A stretch of 64,000 nt of DNA, taken from contig CBDEFM010000001.1 in the NCBI GenBank assembly GCA_965237415.1, positions 320,001 to 384,000 on the forward strand, given 5' to 3'. This stretch comes from Alphaproteobacteria bacterium (GTDB lineage: Bacteria > Pseudomonadota > Alphaproteobacteria > UBA828). The notes beneath the pieces are model-generated. The model searched no databases. It saw only the letters and a program-made list of their open reading frames with translations, and was not told the origin of the DNA. This document shows, one piece after another, positions 20,075 through 29,135 of this stretch. A program made the position numbers and the translations under genes. How positions within the stretch are numbered: position 1 is the stretch's first letter; each line of letters begins with the position of its first letter.

Positions 20075-20332
20075 CCTCCCGACGTGTTCGTATTGATTCA
20101 CGCGCGCGCAGGGGAGCCACCGGGGCCGGAATGAATGGCCCGGTGGTGTGCGCGAGTGGTGCGGGCGCAGGGAGCGCAGCGACTGAGCCACGGTCGCGCG
20201 CGCCGACGGGACTAGGCGCTTCAGCGCCGTTTCATTGCGAGTCCCGGCCGCAACGGAGCGCTAGCGGAGTGGAGGACCCCGAAGGGGTTGGCGCACTGAG
20301 CACGTGTGGGACAATGCGAATACGTCGGGAGG
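20075..20332 (+). promoter_or_regulatory. Long imperfect stem-loop, candidate Frpo-type single-stranded promoter
   Basis: 20075-20095 pairs with 20312-20332; its two non-Watson-Crick pairs are G.T only on the + strand; sits just upstream of the DUF2493 gene. Confidence 0.6.
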
Positions 20333-20370
20333 AGTAATTGTTTGGGACCCCTCCAACCCCGTCTTGCTTT

Positions 20371-20479
20371 GGCAAGCGGAGCGCGCAGCGACCGAAGGAA
20401 GCGGAGGCGAGAGGGATCGCAGCGGAAATTGGAGCGAAGCGGAGATTGCAGCGAAGAGCCCGGCCCGCAGGGCTCGCCC
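20371..20479 (+). repeat. 109-bp structured repeat, copy B
   Basis: About 85% identical to 18619-18727. Confidence 0.85.
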
Positions 20480-20518
20480 GAATTCCCCTGTTGGAAGCGC
20501 ACCGCCCCCGAGGCTGAC

Positions 20519-20854
20519 TCACGCATCGGCCTGCTCGGCGAGCTTGTCGGACGCCCAGGCTGCCGCACGCGCCAGCACCGTGCCGTGACAGGGCAAGGGC
20601 ACGCAGTGACAGGCCAGCCAACACCCGTCGAGCTCGGCGAGCTCTTCGAGCGTGACCTCACCCGCGCGGATGCGGCGCCAGAGGTCGGTGCGGTAGAGCG
20701 CGATGACTTCTTCGCGGCTTCCGTCGCGACCGATCTTGAACTTGTTCCCCCACTTCGTGCGCCGGTCGACCAGCACGGTGTTGTTGTGGATGTGGGCATA
20801 TTCGAACTCCTCGCGGAGCCGGGGCTCGTGCTTCAGATTGATGACTGCGTCCAT
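20519..20854 (-). CDS. DUF4326-domain protein
   Basis: DRRTKWGNKF...SREEVIALY...LACHCVPLPCHGTVL pattern; GAGG RBS. Confidence 0.85.
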   Translation of the reverse strand: MDAVINLKHEPRLREEFEYAHIHNNTVLVDRRTKWGNKFKIGRDGSREEVIALYRTDLWRRIRAGEVTLEELAELDGCWLACHCVPLPCHGTVLARAAAWASDKLAEQADA

Positions 20855-21879
20855 GACCTCTCTCCTCTCTCCCGAAGGGCTTGCCCTTCACTCGGCTCTC
20901 CTCTTCCTCCCGCGAAGCGGAACAAGGAGCTGAGCCGCGCGGCGAGCGATACGGGACCGAGTGCAACGAGGTCGTCGTTGAAGTCCCCGCCTTCGGGGGC
21001 GATGACGAAGGCGGCGACGCCCGCGCGCGCGCAGCGCCGGGCGAGGCGCATCGCCGCCTGCTCGCCTTCGATGTCGTTGTCGCGGGCGATGACGAGGCGC
21101 GCGACGCCGGGCGGAGGCGCGAACGCGCCGAGGCTCCCGGCGGAGAGCGCCGCCGCGGCGGTGATCGCGGGGACCGCGGTCACGAGCGACAGCACCGTCT
21201 CGATGCCCTCGCCGACGAGGAGCGAAGCGCCGTCGGCGGGCTTGCCGAACCGGACGGCGCGCCCGTAGATGCGCCCGAGCGCCTTCCTCGGCGTTGCGAC
21301 GCCCGCCTTGGCGGGCGCGCGGGCGTCGAGCCAGGTGCGCTGCACGCCGGTGACGGCGCCGTCGTCGCCGGTCACGGCGGCGACCAGCGCCGGGAGGCGG
21401 CGCACCGTCGGGCCTTCGCGGTAGCGAAGCTCGGGGTGGAAGCGCAGCGCCGCGAAGCGGCAGCGTGCGAGACCGCGTGCATGGAGATAGCGCTCCGCGT
21501 GGGTGCCGTCGATGGCGCGGCAACGCTGCCACAGACGGCGCGCCGCTTGCGCCGCGTCGTAGCTGTCGCCCTCGCTCGCGGCCGGCGCAGCCGGCAGGGC
21601 GAGGAAGGCGCGGGCCTCGTCGAGCGCCGCGCGCAGCGTCGGCGCGCCCGAGCGATGGCGGACGAGGTCGAGCAGGTCGCCATGCTGTCCCGTCGCGCTG
21701 TCGGTCCACTTCCCGCGCGTACCGGGGCCGGCGAGGCGGACGTAGAGCGAGCGGCCGCGGGCGCCGTCGAGGTCGCCTGCGACCCAGTAGCGGCCCTGCT
21801 TGCGACCATGGGGGAGATAGCGCCGGCAGACGGACTCGGCCTGGGCGCCGAGCGCGGCGGCGATGCCGGCCGCGTTCAC
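20833..21879 (-). CDS. Toprim-domain primase-like protein
   Basis: GKWTDSATGQHGDLLDL N-terminal domain, GVQRTWL, VGEGIETVLS, VIARDND, DFNDDL; GTG start with GGAG RBS. Confidence 0.85.
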   Translation of the reverse strand: MNAAGIAAALGAQAESVCRRYLPHGRKQGRYWVAGDLDGARGRSLYVRLAGPGTRGKWTDSATGQHGDLLDLVRHRSGAPTLRAALDEARAFLALPAAPAASEGDSYDAAQAARRLWQRCRAIDGTHAERYLHARGLARCRFAALRFHPELRYREGPTVRRLPALVAAVTGDDGAVTGVQRTWLDARAPAKAGVATPRKALGRIYGRAVRFGKPADGASLLVGEGIETVLSLVTAVPAITAAAALSAGSLGAFAPPPGVARLVIARDNDIEGEQAAMRLARRCARAGVAAFVIAPEGGDFNDDLVALGPVSLAARLSSLFRFAGGRGEPSEGQALRERGERSWTQSSI

Positions 21880-22048
21880 GGCGCGGCTCCGGCGGGAGCG
21901 AAGCGAGATATCGGCATGAAGGACTCCTCGGGTCTCACGGGGGACACCCGATACCGGCCGGCCCGGCTCTCGCCGGCGCCGGATGGCGAGCGTGCCGCGC
22001 GAAGCGCGGGCGCGATGCCCGAACGGGAGCGGACTCGAAACACATTGG

Positions 22049-22081
22049 AAAGAGAAACGGCCGGGGCGCGAAGCGCCGGCC
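22049..22081 (-). terminator. Terminator-like hairpin after the NADAR gene
   Basis: GGCGC-GAA-GCGCC hairpin with a minus-strand TTTCTCTTT tail. Confidence 0.55.
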
Positions 22082-22085
22082 CGGC

Positions 22086-22631
22086 TCACGGGGCGCCGGC
22101 AAGCCGTCCGACGTCTATCCGGCCAATCCATGCGGCGGAGCGCGCCGCGGGGTCGTCGTCGCGAAGGTGCTGGCGGAGCTCCATCCACAGGCGCCCCAGC
22201 ACGTTCGCGCCGAAGTAGCTGTCGCCCGCCGGCTTGGCGCCCCACCAGGCGTCGCGGGTCGATATCTCCACGATGGCGCGCTCACCGGTACGCACGAGCT
22301 CGGCGTCGACGGCGGCCGCGTTCTTCTCGCGCTTCATGCGCAGGACCCAGCGCATCACGTTCACCCGCCGGGCGGTCCAGCGCGGGTCCAGGCCCGGTAC
22401 CGGGCTGCGTCCGATGGCGGCGGCCTCGCGCGCCGTCGGGGCGTTCGCAATCCGCTGCTGCACATCGGGGGCGGCGGCGAACTTGGCGGCCTGGTACAGG
22501 TGTTCCGAGGTGGCAAAGGTCCACGGGCCAGCGGCGATCGGCACGGCCAGCGGCTGGAAGTTGCTGAACGCGCCCCAAGCCTCGCGGGTAAACCGAAACC
22601 CGCACACGTCGTCCTTCTCGTAGATTCGCAT
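22086..22631 (-). CDS. NADAR (YbiA-like) family protein
   Basis: FSNF, FATSEHLYQAAKF, VMRWVLRMK, IVEISTRDAWWG, GANVLGRLWMELR. Confidence 0.9.
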   Translation of the reverse strand: MRIYEKDDVCGFRFTREAWGAFSNFQPLAVPIAAGPWTFATSEHLYQAAKFAAAPDVQQRIANAPTAREAAAIGRSPVPGLDPRWTARRVNVMRWVLRMKREKNAAAVDAELVRTGERAIVEISTRDAWWGAKPAGDSYFGANVLGRLWMELRQHLRDDDPAARSAAWIGRIDVGRLAGAP

Positions 22632-22770
22632 GCTGTCGTCCTCCGTTGCGGGCGGCGGGCTCTACTCGTTTCTTCCGCCCCTCACGAACCCAAACGCTCG
22701 CCTCTGCCCGGCTCGGGGAAGCGCGCGCGCGAGGCTCCGACCGATACGGTCTCCAATCGGTCCGCACGAG

Positions 22771-22800
22771 AAAGGGGCCGACGCGCGAAGCGCCGGCCCC
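22771..22800 (-). terminator. Terminator-like hairpin
   Basis: GGGGCCG...GCGAAGC...CGGCCCC with a short T tail on the minus strand. Confidence 0.5.
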
Positions 22801-22814
22801 TGTCGGTTCTCGTC

Positions 22815-23156
22815 TCACTCGTAGCGTGGCCGCGTTCTCGGAAAGTCCGCGCCGGCGTGCGGCTCGATGCGCAGCACGGGCCACCCGGTGCAGAGCACCG
22901 AATCCGGCGGGTGAAGCCCCTGCCGGCGTTCGGCGATGGCCGGCGCCATCGCATCGCGGGCCGCCGTCGCCGAGGCGATGGTGGAATACGTGCCGCGGCA
23001 CGCGACGAAGGCGCCGGTGTCGTACCACCACCCGCCTTCCTCCGGCCCGCCGAAGGCGCGGTTCGTCCGGTACTCGTTCAGATGGAACGGCACTTCCGGC
23101 GCCGGCCGTCCGGCGTCGGCGTCCCGGCAGGCGATTGCGTTTGCTGCGTCGCTCAT
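22815..23156 (-). CDS. Hypothetical protein with GGPEEGGWWYD motif
   Basis: 113 aa, plausible codon usage, distinctive motif, C-terminal RPRYE. Confidence 0.7.
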   Translation of the reverse strand: MSDAANAIACRDADAGRPAPEVPFHLNEYRTNRAFGGPEEGGWWYDTGAFVACRGTYSTIASATAARDAMAPAIAERRQGLHPPDSVLCTGWPVLRIEPHAGADFPRTRPRYE

Positions 23157-23243
23157 GTGCGGGTCTCTTTCAGCGTGGGGGATGCGGGACTCTCTCGACA
23201 CGAGTCCCGTTCACCCTCTCGACGCGCGCCTCGTGCTCCGGCG

Positions 23244-23813
23244 CTACCCGGCCAACGTGCGGAACGTCGCCGAGACGCGCGTCGCGGACTCGCGCACGCT
23301 GTCGGCGCGGTCGATGCCATGCACCCACCGCTGGCGTGCTGGCCCGGCGAGGACCAGGACCGAGCGCCGGGGGAGCACCGCGACCTCGTCGCCGGGCATG
23401 GCGCCGCTGGCGTACGGACGGGTGCCGCGGGGCCGGAACCGCATCGGCCAGTCGGCGCCGAGCGAGAGCGAGGCCACGACGGGACCAAAGTCGCGGTGGT
23501 CGGCGTGCATGCCGATACCCTGTCCGGGGCGGTACTCGTTGACGATGCACTGCACCGGGAGCGCGCCGCCGAAGTGCGGCCGGAGCCGAACGGCCATCGC
23601 GTCGGTCCAGCGTGGGAACGGCGTGGCCGGGAGCGGCCGGCTCGACCCCCTGTAGTCGTAGCGGAACCCGTAGTGCTGCACGCGGCGGCGGAGCTCGGTG
23701 AACCAGGGGGCCTCGGCGATGCGCAGGAGGATGCGCCCCTCCTCGGCGGGGGTGACGAAGTCCGGGGCGATGACCGCCCCGCTGTCGAAGATGCTGGTGG
23801 TGTCGCGCGGCAT
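23244..23813 (-). CDS. AlkB-family 2OG-Fe(II) dioxygenase
   Basis: RRVQHYG.RYDY, IVNEYRPGQGIGMHAD (HxD), WVHGI, RVSATFR (RxxxxxR). Confidence 0.9.
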   Translation of the reverse strand: MPRDTTSIFDSGAVIAPDFVTPAEEGRILLRIAEAPWFTELRRRVQHYGFRYDYRGSSRPLPATPFPRWTDAMAVRLRPHFGGALPVQCIVNEYRPGQGIGMHADHRDFGPVVASLSLGADWPMRFRPRGTRPYASGAMPGDEVAVLPRRSVLVLAGPARQRWVHGIDRADSVRESATRVSATFRTLAG

Positions 23814-23901
23814 GCTCTCTCTCCTTCCCGATATGGACATCCACACGGGCATCCACTCGGACTCCGGCGGACGGTGGGCGGGGAGACTCGAAGCCATCGG
23901 C

Positions 23902-23936
23902 AAAAAAAAGGGGACCGACGCCGAAGCGCCGGCCCC
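23902..23936 (-). terminator. Intrinsic terminator after ssb
   Basis: GC hairpin with TTCG loop followed by T8 on the minus strand. Confidence 0.75.
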
Positions 23937-23968
23937 CGAGGTGGGAGGGAGGAGGAAGCGACGGTCCG

Positions 23969-24430
23969 CTAGAAGGGGATCTCGTCGTCGAGGTCGGTGG
24001 GCGCCGGGGTGCCGCCGGCAGGCATGGCCGACCCGTTCGCGGGCGCCTGGTCGCCGGAGGTCGCCCCGCCGTTGCCGTTCGGGCGGTCGAGGAACTGCAC
24101 CCGCCCGCCGGGGACGAGGAGAATCTCGGTCGAGAACCGGTCGCCGTCCTCACCCGGCTTCGTCCAGCGCCGCGTCTGCAGCTTGCCGTCGATGTAGACC
24201 AGGCGGCCCTTCTTCGCGTGCCGCTCGAACATGTCGATGAGCCCGTCCTGGAAGGTCACGATGCGGTGCCACTCGGTCTTGTCGACCTTCTCACCGGTCT
24301 GCTTGTTGATGTACGACTCGTCGGTCGCGATGCTCAGGTTGGCCACGCGGCCCCCCGAGGTGAGGTGATTGACGGTGACGTCGGCGCCGAGGCGGCCAAT
24401 CAGTTCCACGCGGTTGAGTCCGAAAGCCAT
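23969..24430 (-). CDS. ssb: Single-stranded DNA-binding protein
   Basis: NRVELIGRLGAD, TEWHRIV, YIDGKLQTRRW, acidic tail DDEIPF. Confidence 0.95.
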   Translation of the reverse strand: MAFGLNRVELIGRLGADVTVNHLTSGGRVANLSIATDESYINKQTGEKVDKTEWHRIVTFQDGLIDMFERHAKKGRLVYIDGKLQTRRWTKPGEDGDRFSTEILLVPGGRVQFLDRPNGNGGATSGDQAPANGSAMPAGGTPAPTDLDDEIPF

Positions 24431-24530
24431 GGGTAGTCTCCTTCATGGTCTGGATATTGACGATGGGTTTGAACCCGCCGGGGGCCTGGGACACTCTCCC
24501 TAACCCCCTTCGGTTCACTTCTCACTCGCT

Positions 24531-24668
24531 TCACTCCTCCTCTACGGCGTCGCCCCGAGGGTCGAACGGGGCGGGCTCTGCGAGGATGTCGTGGATGGCA
24601 CGGCTGCCGAGGCCGATGTGCGCGAGCAGGTCTGAGCCGGAATGCGATTCGATGTCGTAGTCGAACAT
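24531..24668 (-). CDS. Small acidic protein (45 aa)
   Basis: MFDYDIESHSG...AVEEE with an AGGAG RBS; upstream of ssb. Confidence 0.45.
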   Translation of the reverse strand: MFDYDIESHSGSDLLAHIGLGSRAIHDILAEPAPFDPRGDAVEEE

Positions 24669-24784
24669 GGGACGGGTCTCCTGTACGGGTGTCGCGCCCG
24701 ACACCGGGAGGGGAGCGCATCTCCCTCTCCCCTGCCGGGCGTTCGCCCGGCTCGCAGCAACGCTCTGGCTCGAAAGACGTGGGG

Positions 24785-25312
24785 TCAGGCAGCGCGGCGA
24801 ATGGCGAGGAGTCGCTCGCAGGCTTCGCGCGGACACATGGCGCCGAGATTCAGCACGGGAATGCCATGCTCGGCGGCGATGCGCAGCCCCATCCCCGTGC
24901 CACCGGCAATCGCGCCGCCGGACGTGAACGCGACCACGGCATCGACGGGCCGGTCGAGGGAAGGCCGAAGCAGAATCGCGGAGTTCCGAGCGTGCAGCTT
25001 CCGTGCGGCCGGCGAGCAGCGATGCCAGGCGGGGTGCAGACGCGCTGCCACGGCCATGCAGACGGAGAGCTCGTCCGGTGTGAGGGCGCGGCAGTCCGGC
25101 CCCCCGTGCCCGTTATAGCCGCGCCACGGGAGATAGAGTGTGCGCTGGCCGGCCGGCGAGCCCCCGGCAAACGCGGTATCGGCACCGTCCGCGCCGCCGC
25201 TCGCGAGATGCCAGCCCGTTCGCGCGAGCCATCCCGCCATCACGGTCATGTCGCGCAAAGTGGCGGCGGGTGTGGCGCGTGAGCCGATGCCGGCATAGGT
25301 CAATGTCGTCAT
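24785..25312 (-). CDS. SLOG-superfamily (DprA-like, phage type) protein
   Basis: YAGIGSRATP, SGGADGADTAF, YLPW, HPAW, KLHARN, GGTGMGLRIA..GIPVLNL; GGAGG RBS. Confidence 0.8.
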   Translation of the reverse strand: MTTLTYAGIGSRATPAATLRDMTVMAGWLARTGWHLASGGADGADTAFAGGSPAGQRTLYLPWRGYNGHGGPDCRALTPDELSVCMAVAARLHPAWHRCSPAARKLHARNSAILLRPSLDRPVDAVVAFTSGGAIAGGTGMGLRIAAEHGIPVLNLGAMCPREACERLLAIRRAA

Positions 25313-25442
25313 GTCGCGGTTCCTCCCGGGGACGATGGGTGCCGCGTCACTCTCTCCGGTCGCGGCTGTCACCCTCCACTGGCTGTCCTCGAACCCGGAC
25401 AGGGAGGGTCGGCCATGCGCGCCCGGAGAGGATTCGGTCCGC

Positions 25443-25698
25443 TCAGAGGAGTCCGCGTTCCGCGAACGAGACCACCTCTCCGTCGCCGACGACGAAGTGG
25501 TCGATAAGACGGACGTCGACGAGCGTGAGCGCCTCGGCGAGTCGCTTGGTGATGGCGCGGTCGGCGAAACTTGGCTCGGCAACGCCACTGGGGTGTCCGT
25601 GGGCGACGACGATCGCGGAGGCGTTGTGCATCAGCGCTCTTCGCACCACCACGCGCGGATGAACGGAGGCGCCATCGACGGTGCCGTTGAACAGCTCC
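25443..25698 (-). pseudogene. radC: RadC/JAB-domain gene, 3' part (interrupted)
   Basis: [15 protein letters not shown]...[15 protein letters not shown]...LIDHFVVG; joins in frame to 29136-29590. Confidence 0.9.
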
Positions 25699-25722
25699 AG
25701 ATGTTGCATGCAACATCTGGAG
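25695..25722. repeat. Perfect 28-bp palindrome CTCCAGATGTTGCATGCAACATCTGGAG at the RIT left junction
   Basis: Seen directly. Confidence 0.9.
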
Positions 25723-25863
25723 ATTAATGTTGCGGCCACTGTTATGTTGTAAACTGTAGCAACTAATTGTTTCATATGAATTTACTTAGGATATACATAA
25801 CATAATTCTCTTCATGGCACGGGTCGGGCATGCTCGTGACTCCAACAACACGGAGACACGACC

Positions 25864-27114
25864 ATGTTCGAATCACTGTTCACAGGACGCAGAACGCTTG
25901 AGACATACAGGGCAGCGCCCCTCTTGGACTGCCGGGTGCGATACCTCGGGAATCGTGCTGAGTCGGGTGCCAACGTCGTCACATTGCGTACCATTGCAGT
26001 GCATCAGCTTCGTCTCGTTCTCCTTCTCGATTTCGCGGAAGGCGATACCGTCAGCCTTGGACAGATAAAGGCCGCTGCCGAAGAGTGGTCCTGTCCTGGA
26101 CTGCACAGAATTTACAAGCCCTCATCATCGAGGCGGAGAGCGGATTTTGTTGGGCAAGTCGTCCAGTGGCTCCGATTCCTGGGCATGTTTGAAGAATCCG
26201 ACGACGTCAAACACGCTCACACTGCCGAGGTCGGCGCGTATGAGGATTGGATGCGCGACGAGCGCGGTTTCTCAGAAGCCTCCATCTACCGTTATTGCAG
26301 TTACGCGGATGAGTTTTTGGAATGGCTGGGCGCCAACGATCTGACGCTAGGTTCGGTTCGGATTACCGACATCGATCGCGCGATCGCGGCCAAGCAGGCC
26401 AGAAGACGCTACAGCCGCTGGACGATACGGAACTACGCTGTCGGTTTACGCACGTTCTTCCGCTTTGCCGAACGTCAGCGCTGGTGCACGCAAGGCATGG
26501 CCGAGGGAATCATCCCTCCACGGATCTATGCGACGGAGTCGGTGCCTTTGGGCCCGACCCGGGACGACGTGCAGTTGCTGCTCGCGAGTACCGAGCGCGG
26601 CAGACCAATGGACAAGCGCGACCGCGCAATCCTGATGATTCTTATTGCTTACGGGCTGCGAAGCGGGGAAGTCTGCGGACTGCAGCTCAACGATGTCGAT
26701 TGGGAGAACGAGAGGTTGCGAGTGCGCCGATCGAAGTCAGGTCGAACGCATTTCTACCCCCTGTCCCGGGGCGTGGGCCAGGCCATCATCCGGTACGTTC
26801 TCGAGGTCCGTCCGCCGCTCGCCGAACGCACTCTCTTCGTTACCGTGAGAGCTCCATTCAGACCGCTCAGTCCGAGCGGCATGGCGGAAGTCGTTAGAAG
26901 CCGCTTCGAACGTCTCGGCATCGTCGCCCGGCGTATGGGGCCCCACGGACTACGACATGCGGCCGCTCAGCATCTTCTCGACCAGGGCATGTCAATGAAG
27001 GTTGTTGGGGATTTTCTCGGACACCGTCACCCGTCGAGTACGGGGGTTTACGCCAAGGTCGACCTCAGCACCCTTCGGGAAGTGGCCGATTTCGACTTGG
27101 AGGTGCTGGCATGA
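25864..27114 (+). CDS. RIT tyrosine recombinase A
   Basis: RDRAIL..YGLRSGEV, KSGR, HGLRH, LGH, TGVY. Confidence 0.9.
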   Translation: MFESLFTGRRTLETYRAAPLLDCRVRYLGNRAESGANVVTLRTIAVHQLRLVLLLDFAEGDTVSLGQIKAAAEEWSCPGLHRIYKPSSSRRRADFVGQVVQWLRFLGMFEESDDVKHAHTAEVGAYEDWMRDERGFSEASIYRYCSYADEFLEWLGANDLTLGSVRITDIDRAIAAKQARRRYSRWTIRNYAVGLRTFFRFAERQRWCTQGMAEGIIPPRIYATESVPLGPTRDDVQLLLASTERGRPMDKRDRAILMILIAYGLRSGEVCGLQLNDVDWENERLRVRRSKSGRTHFYPLSRGVGQAIIRYVLEVRPPLAERTLFVTVRAPFRPLSPSGMAEVVRSRFERLGIVARRMGPHGLRHAAAQHLLDQGMSMKVVGDFLGHRHPSSTGVYAKVDLSTLREVADFDLEVLA

Positions 27115-28055
27115 CTCTCCAAGAAGCAATGGGGCAATACATTGAGTGGCGACAAGCCCACGGCGCGCGTTTCGAGAGTGTTGGGGCCGTGCTCAGGATG
27201 TTCGTCAGATTCGTTGGTGGCGAGACGGACTGCGATGCCGTTACCAATGCGCAGGTCTGCGCGTTTCTCGCGGGGAATCGGCCACTTACCCACTACCGTG
27301 TCGCGAAGTACTCGTCACTGTCGGTGTTCTACCGGTATGCGATCAGCCGCGGTTACGCGAGCCGATCGCCGCTGCCTGACAATGAGCCGAGGACTCCGGC
27401 GCGATTGCCGCCGTACATATACTCGTACGAGGAACTGCGGCGTCTCTTTGAGGCGATAGACGTCAGCCGAACGCGGGCGTTGCAGCTTGACGCGTACACA
27501 CTCCGCACCCTGCTGCTTCTTCTGTACGGGGCCGGCTTGCGCCGCGGTGAAGCGCTGGGCCTCACGGTAGCGGATGTCGACCTCTCAGATGCGGTGCTCA
27601 CCGTGCGCGACACGAAGTTCTTCAAATCCCGCCTGGTTCCCGTGGGTCGTCCTCTCGGCGATGCGCTGAGATCGTATGCGATACAGCGCATGAAACGGCC
27701 TCTCCAGAAAGGGAAGGAATCAGCCTTCTTGGCGAGCTGGGACGGCGCAAAGCTGAAGGTAACGACCGTTCGGGCCGCGTTCGAAAATCTCCTGCGTGAT
27801 GCTGGAATCCCCAAGGCAAACGATTTGCGCCAACCCCCGCGCCTGCATTCGTTCAGGCACAGCTTTGCCGTCCATCGGCTGACTTCATGGTATCGGGAGG
27901 GCGCGGACTTGCAACGGTTACTGCCAGCGCTTTCTACCTACCTTGGCCACAAGAATCTGGCAGGCACGCAAGTCTACCTCACGATGACACCAGAACTGCT
28001 GCACCAAGCTTCACTTCGGTTCGAGCGCTACGCGCGGGGAGAAAACGATGAGTGA
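27111..28055 (+). CDS. RIT tyrosine recombinase B
   Basis: GLRRGEAL, TKFFKSRLVP, HSFRHSFA, LPALSTYLGH, TQVY. Confidence 0.9.
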   Translation: MTLQEAMGQYIEWRQAHGARFESVGAVLRMFVRFVGGETDCDAVTNAQVCAFLAGNRPLTHYRVAKYSSLSVFYRYAISRGYASRSPLPDNEPRTPARLPPYIYSYEELRRLFEAIDVSRTRALQLDAYTLRTLLLLLYGAGLRRGEALGLTVADVDLSDAVLTVRDTKFFKSRLVPVGRPLGDALRSYAIQRMKRPLQKGKESAFLASWDGAKLKVTTVRAAFENLLRDAGIPKANDLRQPPRLHSFRHSFAVHRLTSWYREGADLQRLLPALSTYLGHKNLAGTQVYLTMTPELLHQASLRFERYARGENDE

Positions 28056-29043
28056 GACACAGACCGTGGGACCCTGGATCGAACGGTTTCTCTTCCAGCA
28101 CATCGTCACGGAGCGCAATCTCTCGCGGAATACCCAGAAGAGCTACCGCGATGCATTCTTGCAGTTGATGCCATTCGTCAGCGGCAAGGCCAGAAAGCCC
28201 ATAGAGCGACTGGCGTTCCGCGACTTCACGGCCAAGCGCATCCTGCAGTTCCTCGCCCATGTCGAGGAGGACCGGGGGTGCACTGTTCAGACCCGCAACC
28301 AGCGCTTGGCGGCTATCCGGGCGTTTGCCGGCTACGTGGCCAGCCGTGAGCCAGGGCACATCGGATGGTGCGGTCACATCCGCGCTCTTCAATCGAAGAA
28401 GAGCACACCCCAACAGATCACCTGGCTGACCTTGCAGGAGATTAATGCGTTGCTCGAGGTGCCTGACCGAAGCACGGTACGCGGTCGAAATGAATACGCC
28501 CTCCTGCTGTTTTTGTATAAAACTGGAGCTCGTGTCTCGGAAGCGATACAGCTACGCGTAGGCGATCTGCAGATCATGCGTCGAGACCAGGGACATGCGC
28601 TCGTTACCCTACATGGTAAGGGCGGTAAGGTACGACAGTGCCCGCTGCGGCCAAACACGGAAGGCGTGCTGGCGGACCTCGTAGACGGACGCGACCCGGG
28701 CGAACCGGTCTTCCTTAGCAGGCTTCGAAAGCCGTTTACTCGGTTCGGCGTGTATTGGGTTGTCGACCGTTGTTCGGCCCGCGTTCCAGCGTTGTCCGGG
28801 AAGAAAGTAACGCCCCACGTGCTGAGGCACACCACGGCGTGCCACCTCGTCGACGCCGGTGTAGATCCCAACACCGTGCGCGCGTGGCTTGGCCACGCGT
28901 CGCTCAATACCACCAACATCTACGCCGAGATCAGCCTCGAAATGAAGGCCAAGGCGATTGCAATGTGCGACATGGCTGAAGACGGACCGACGCAACCGTG
29001 GAAGGAGAACAAGGGTCTCATGGCAGCACTGCGAGCTTTGTGA
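28048..29043 (+). CDS. RIT tyrosine recombinase C
   Basis: TRNQRLAAIR, TGARVSE, HGKGGK, PHVLRHTTA, WLGH, TNIY. Confidence 0.9.
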   Translation: MSETQTVGPWIERFLFQHIVTERNLSRNTQKSYRDAFLQLMPFVSGKARKPIERLAFRDFTAKRILQFLAHVEEDRGCTVQTRNQRLAAIRAFAGYVASREPGHIGWCGHIRALQSKKSTPQQITWLTLQEINALLEVPDRSTVRGRNEYALLLFLYKTGARVSEAIQLRVGDLQIMRRDQGHALVTLHGKGGKVRQCPLRPNTEGVLADLVDGRDPGEPVFLSRLRKPFTRFGVYWVVDRCSARVPALSGKKVTPHVLRHTTACHLVDAGVDPNTVRAWLGHASLNTTNIYAEISLEMKAKAIAMCDMAEDGPTQPWKENKGLMAALRAL

Positions 29044-29135
29044 TTGCAGGAGATTATGTTGCGGCGGTCTGAGTCCTTCTGACAGCCAGTCAAGAACCTT
29101 GTGATCGCCGTAACATAACAGTGGCCGCAACATTA

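Noticed and set aside
25443-25775. Stand-alone 110-aa JAB gene starting inside the RIT end
   Set aside because: The N-terminus is translated IR and palindrome; better explained as the 3' half of split radC
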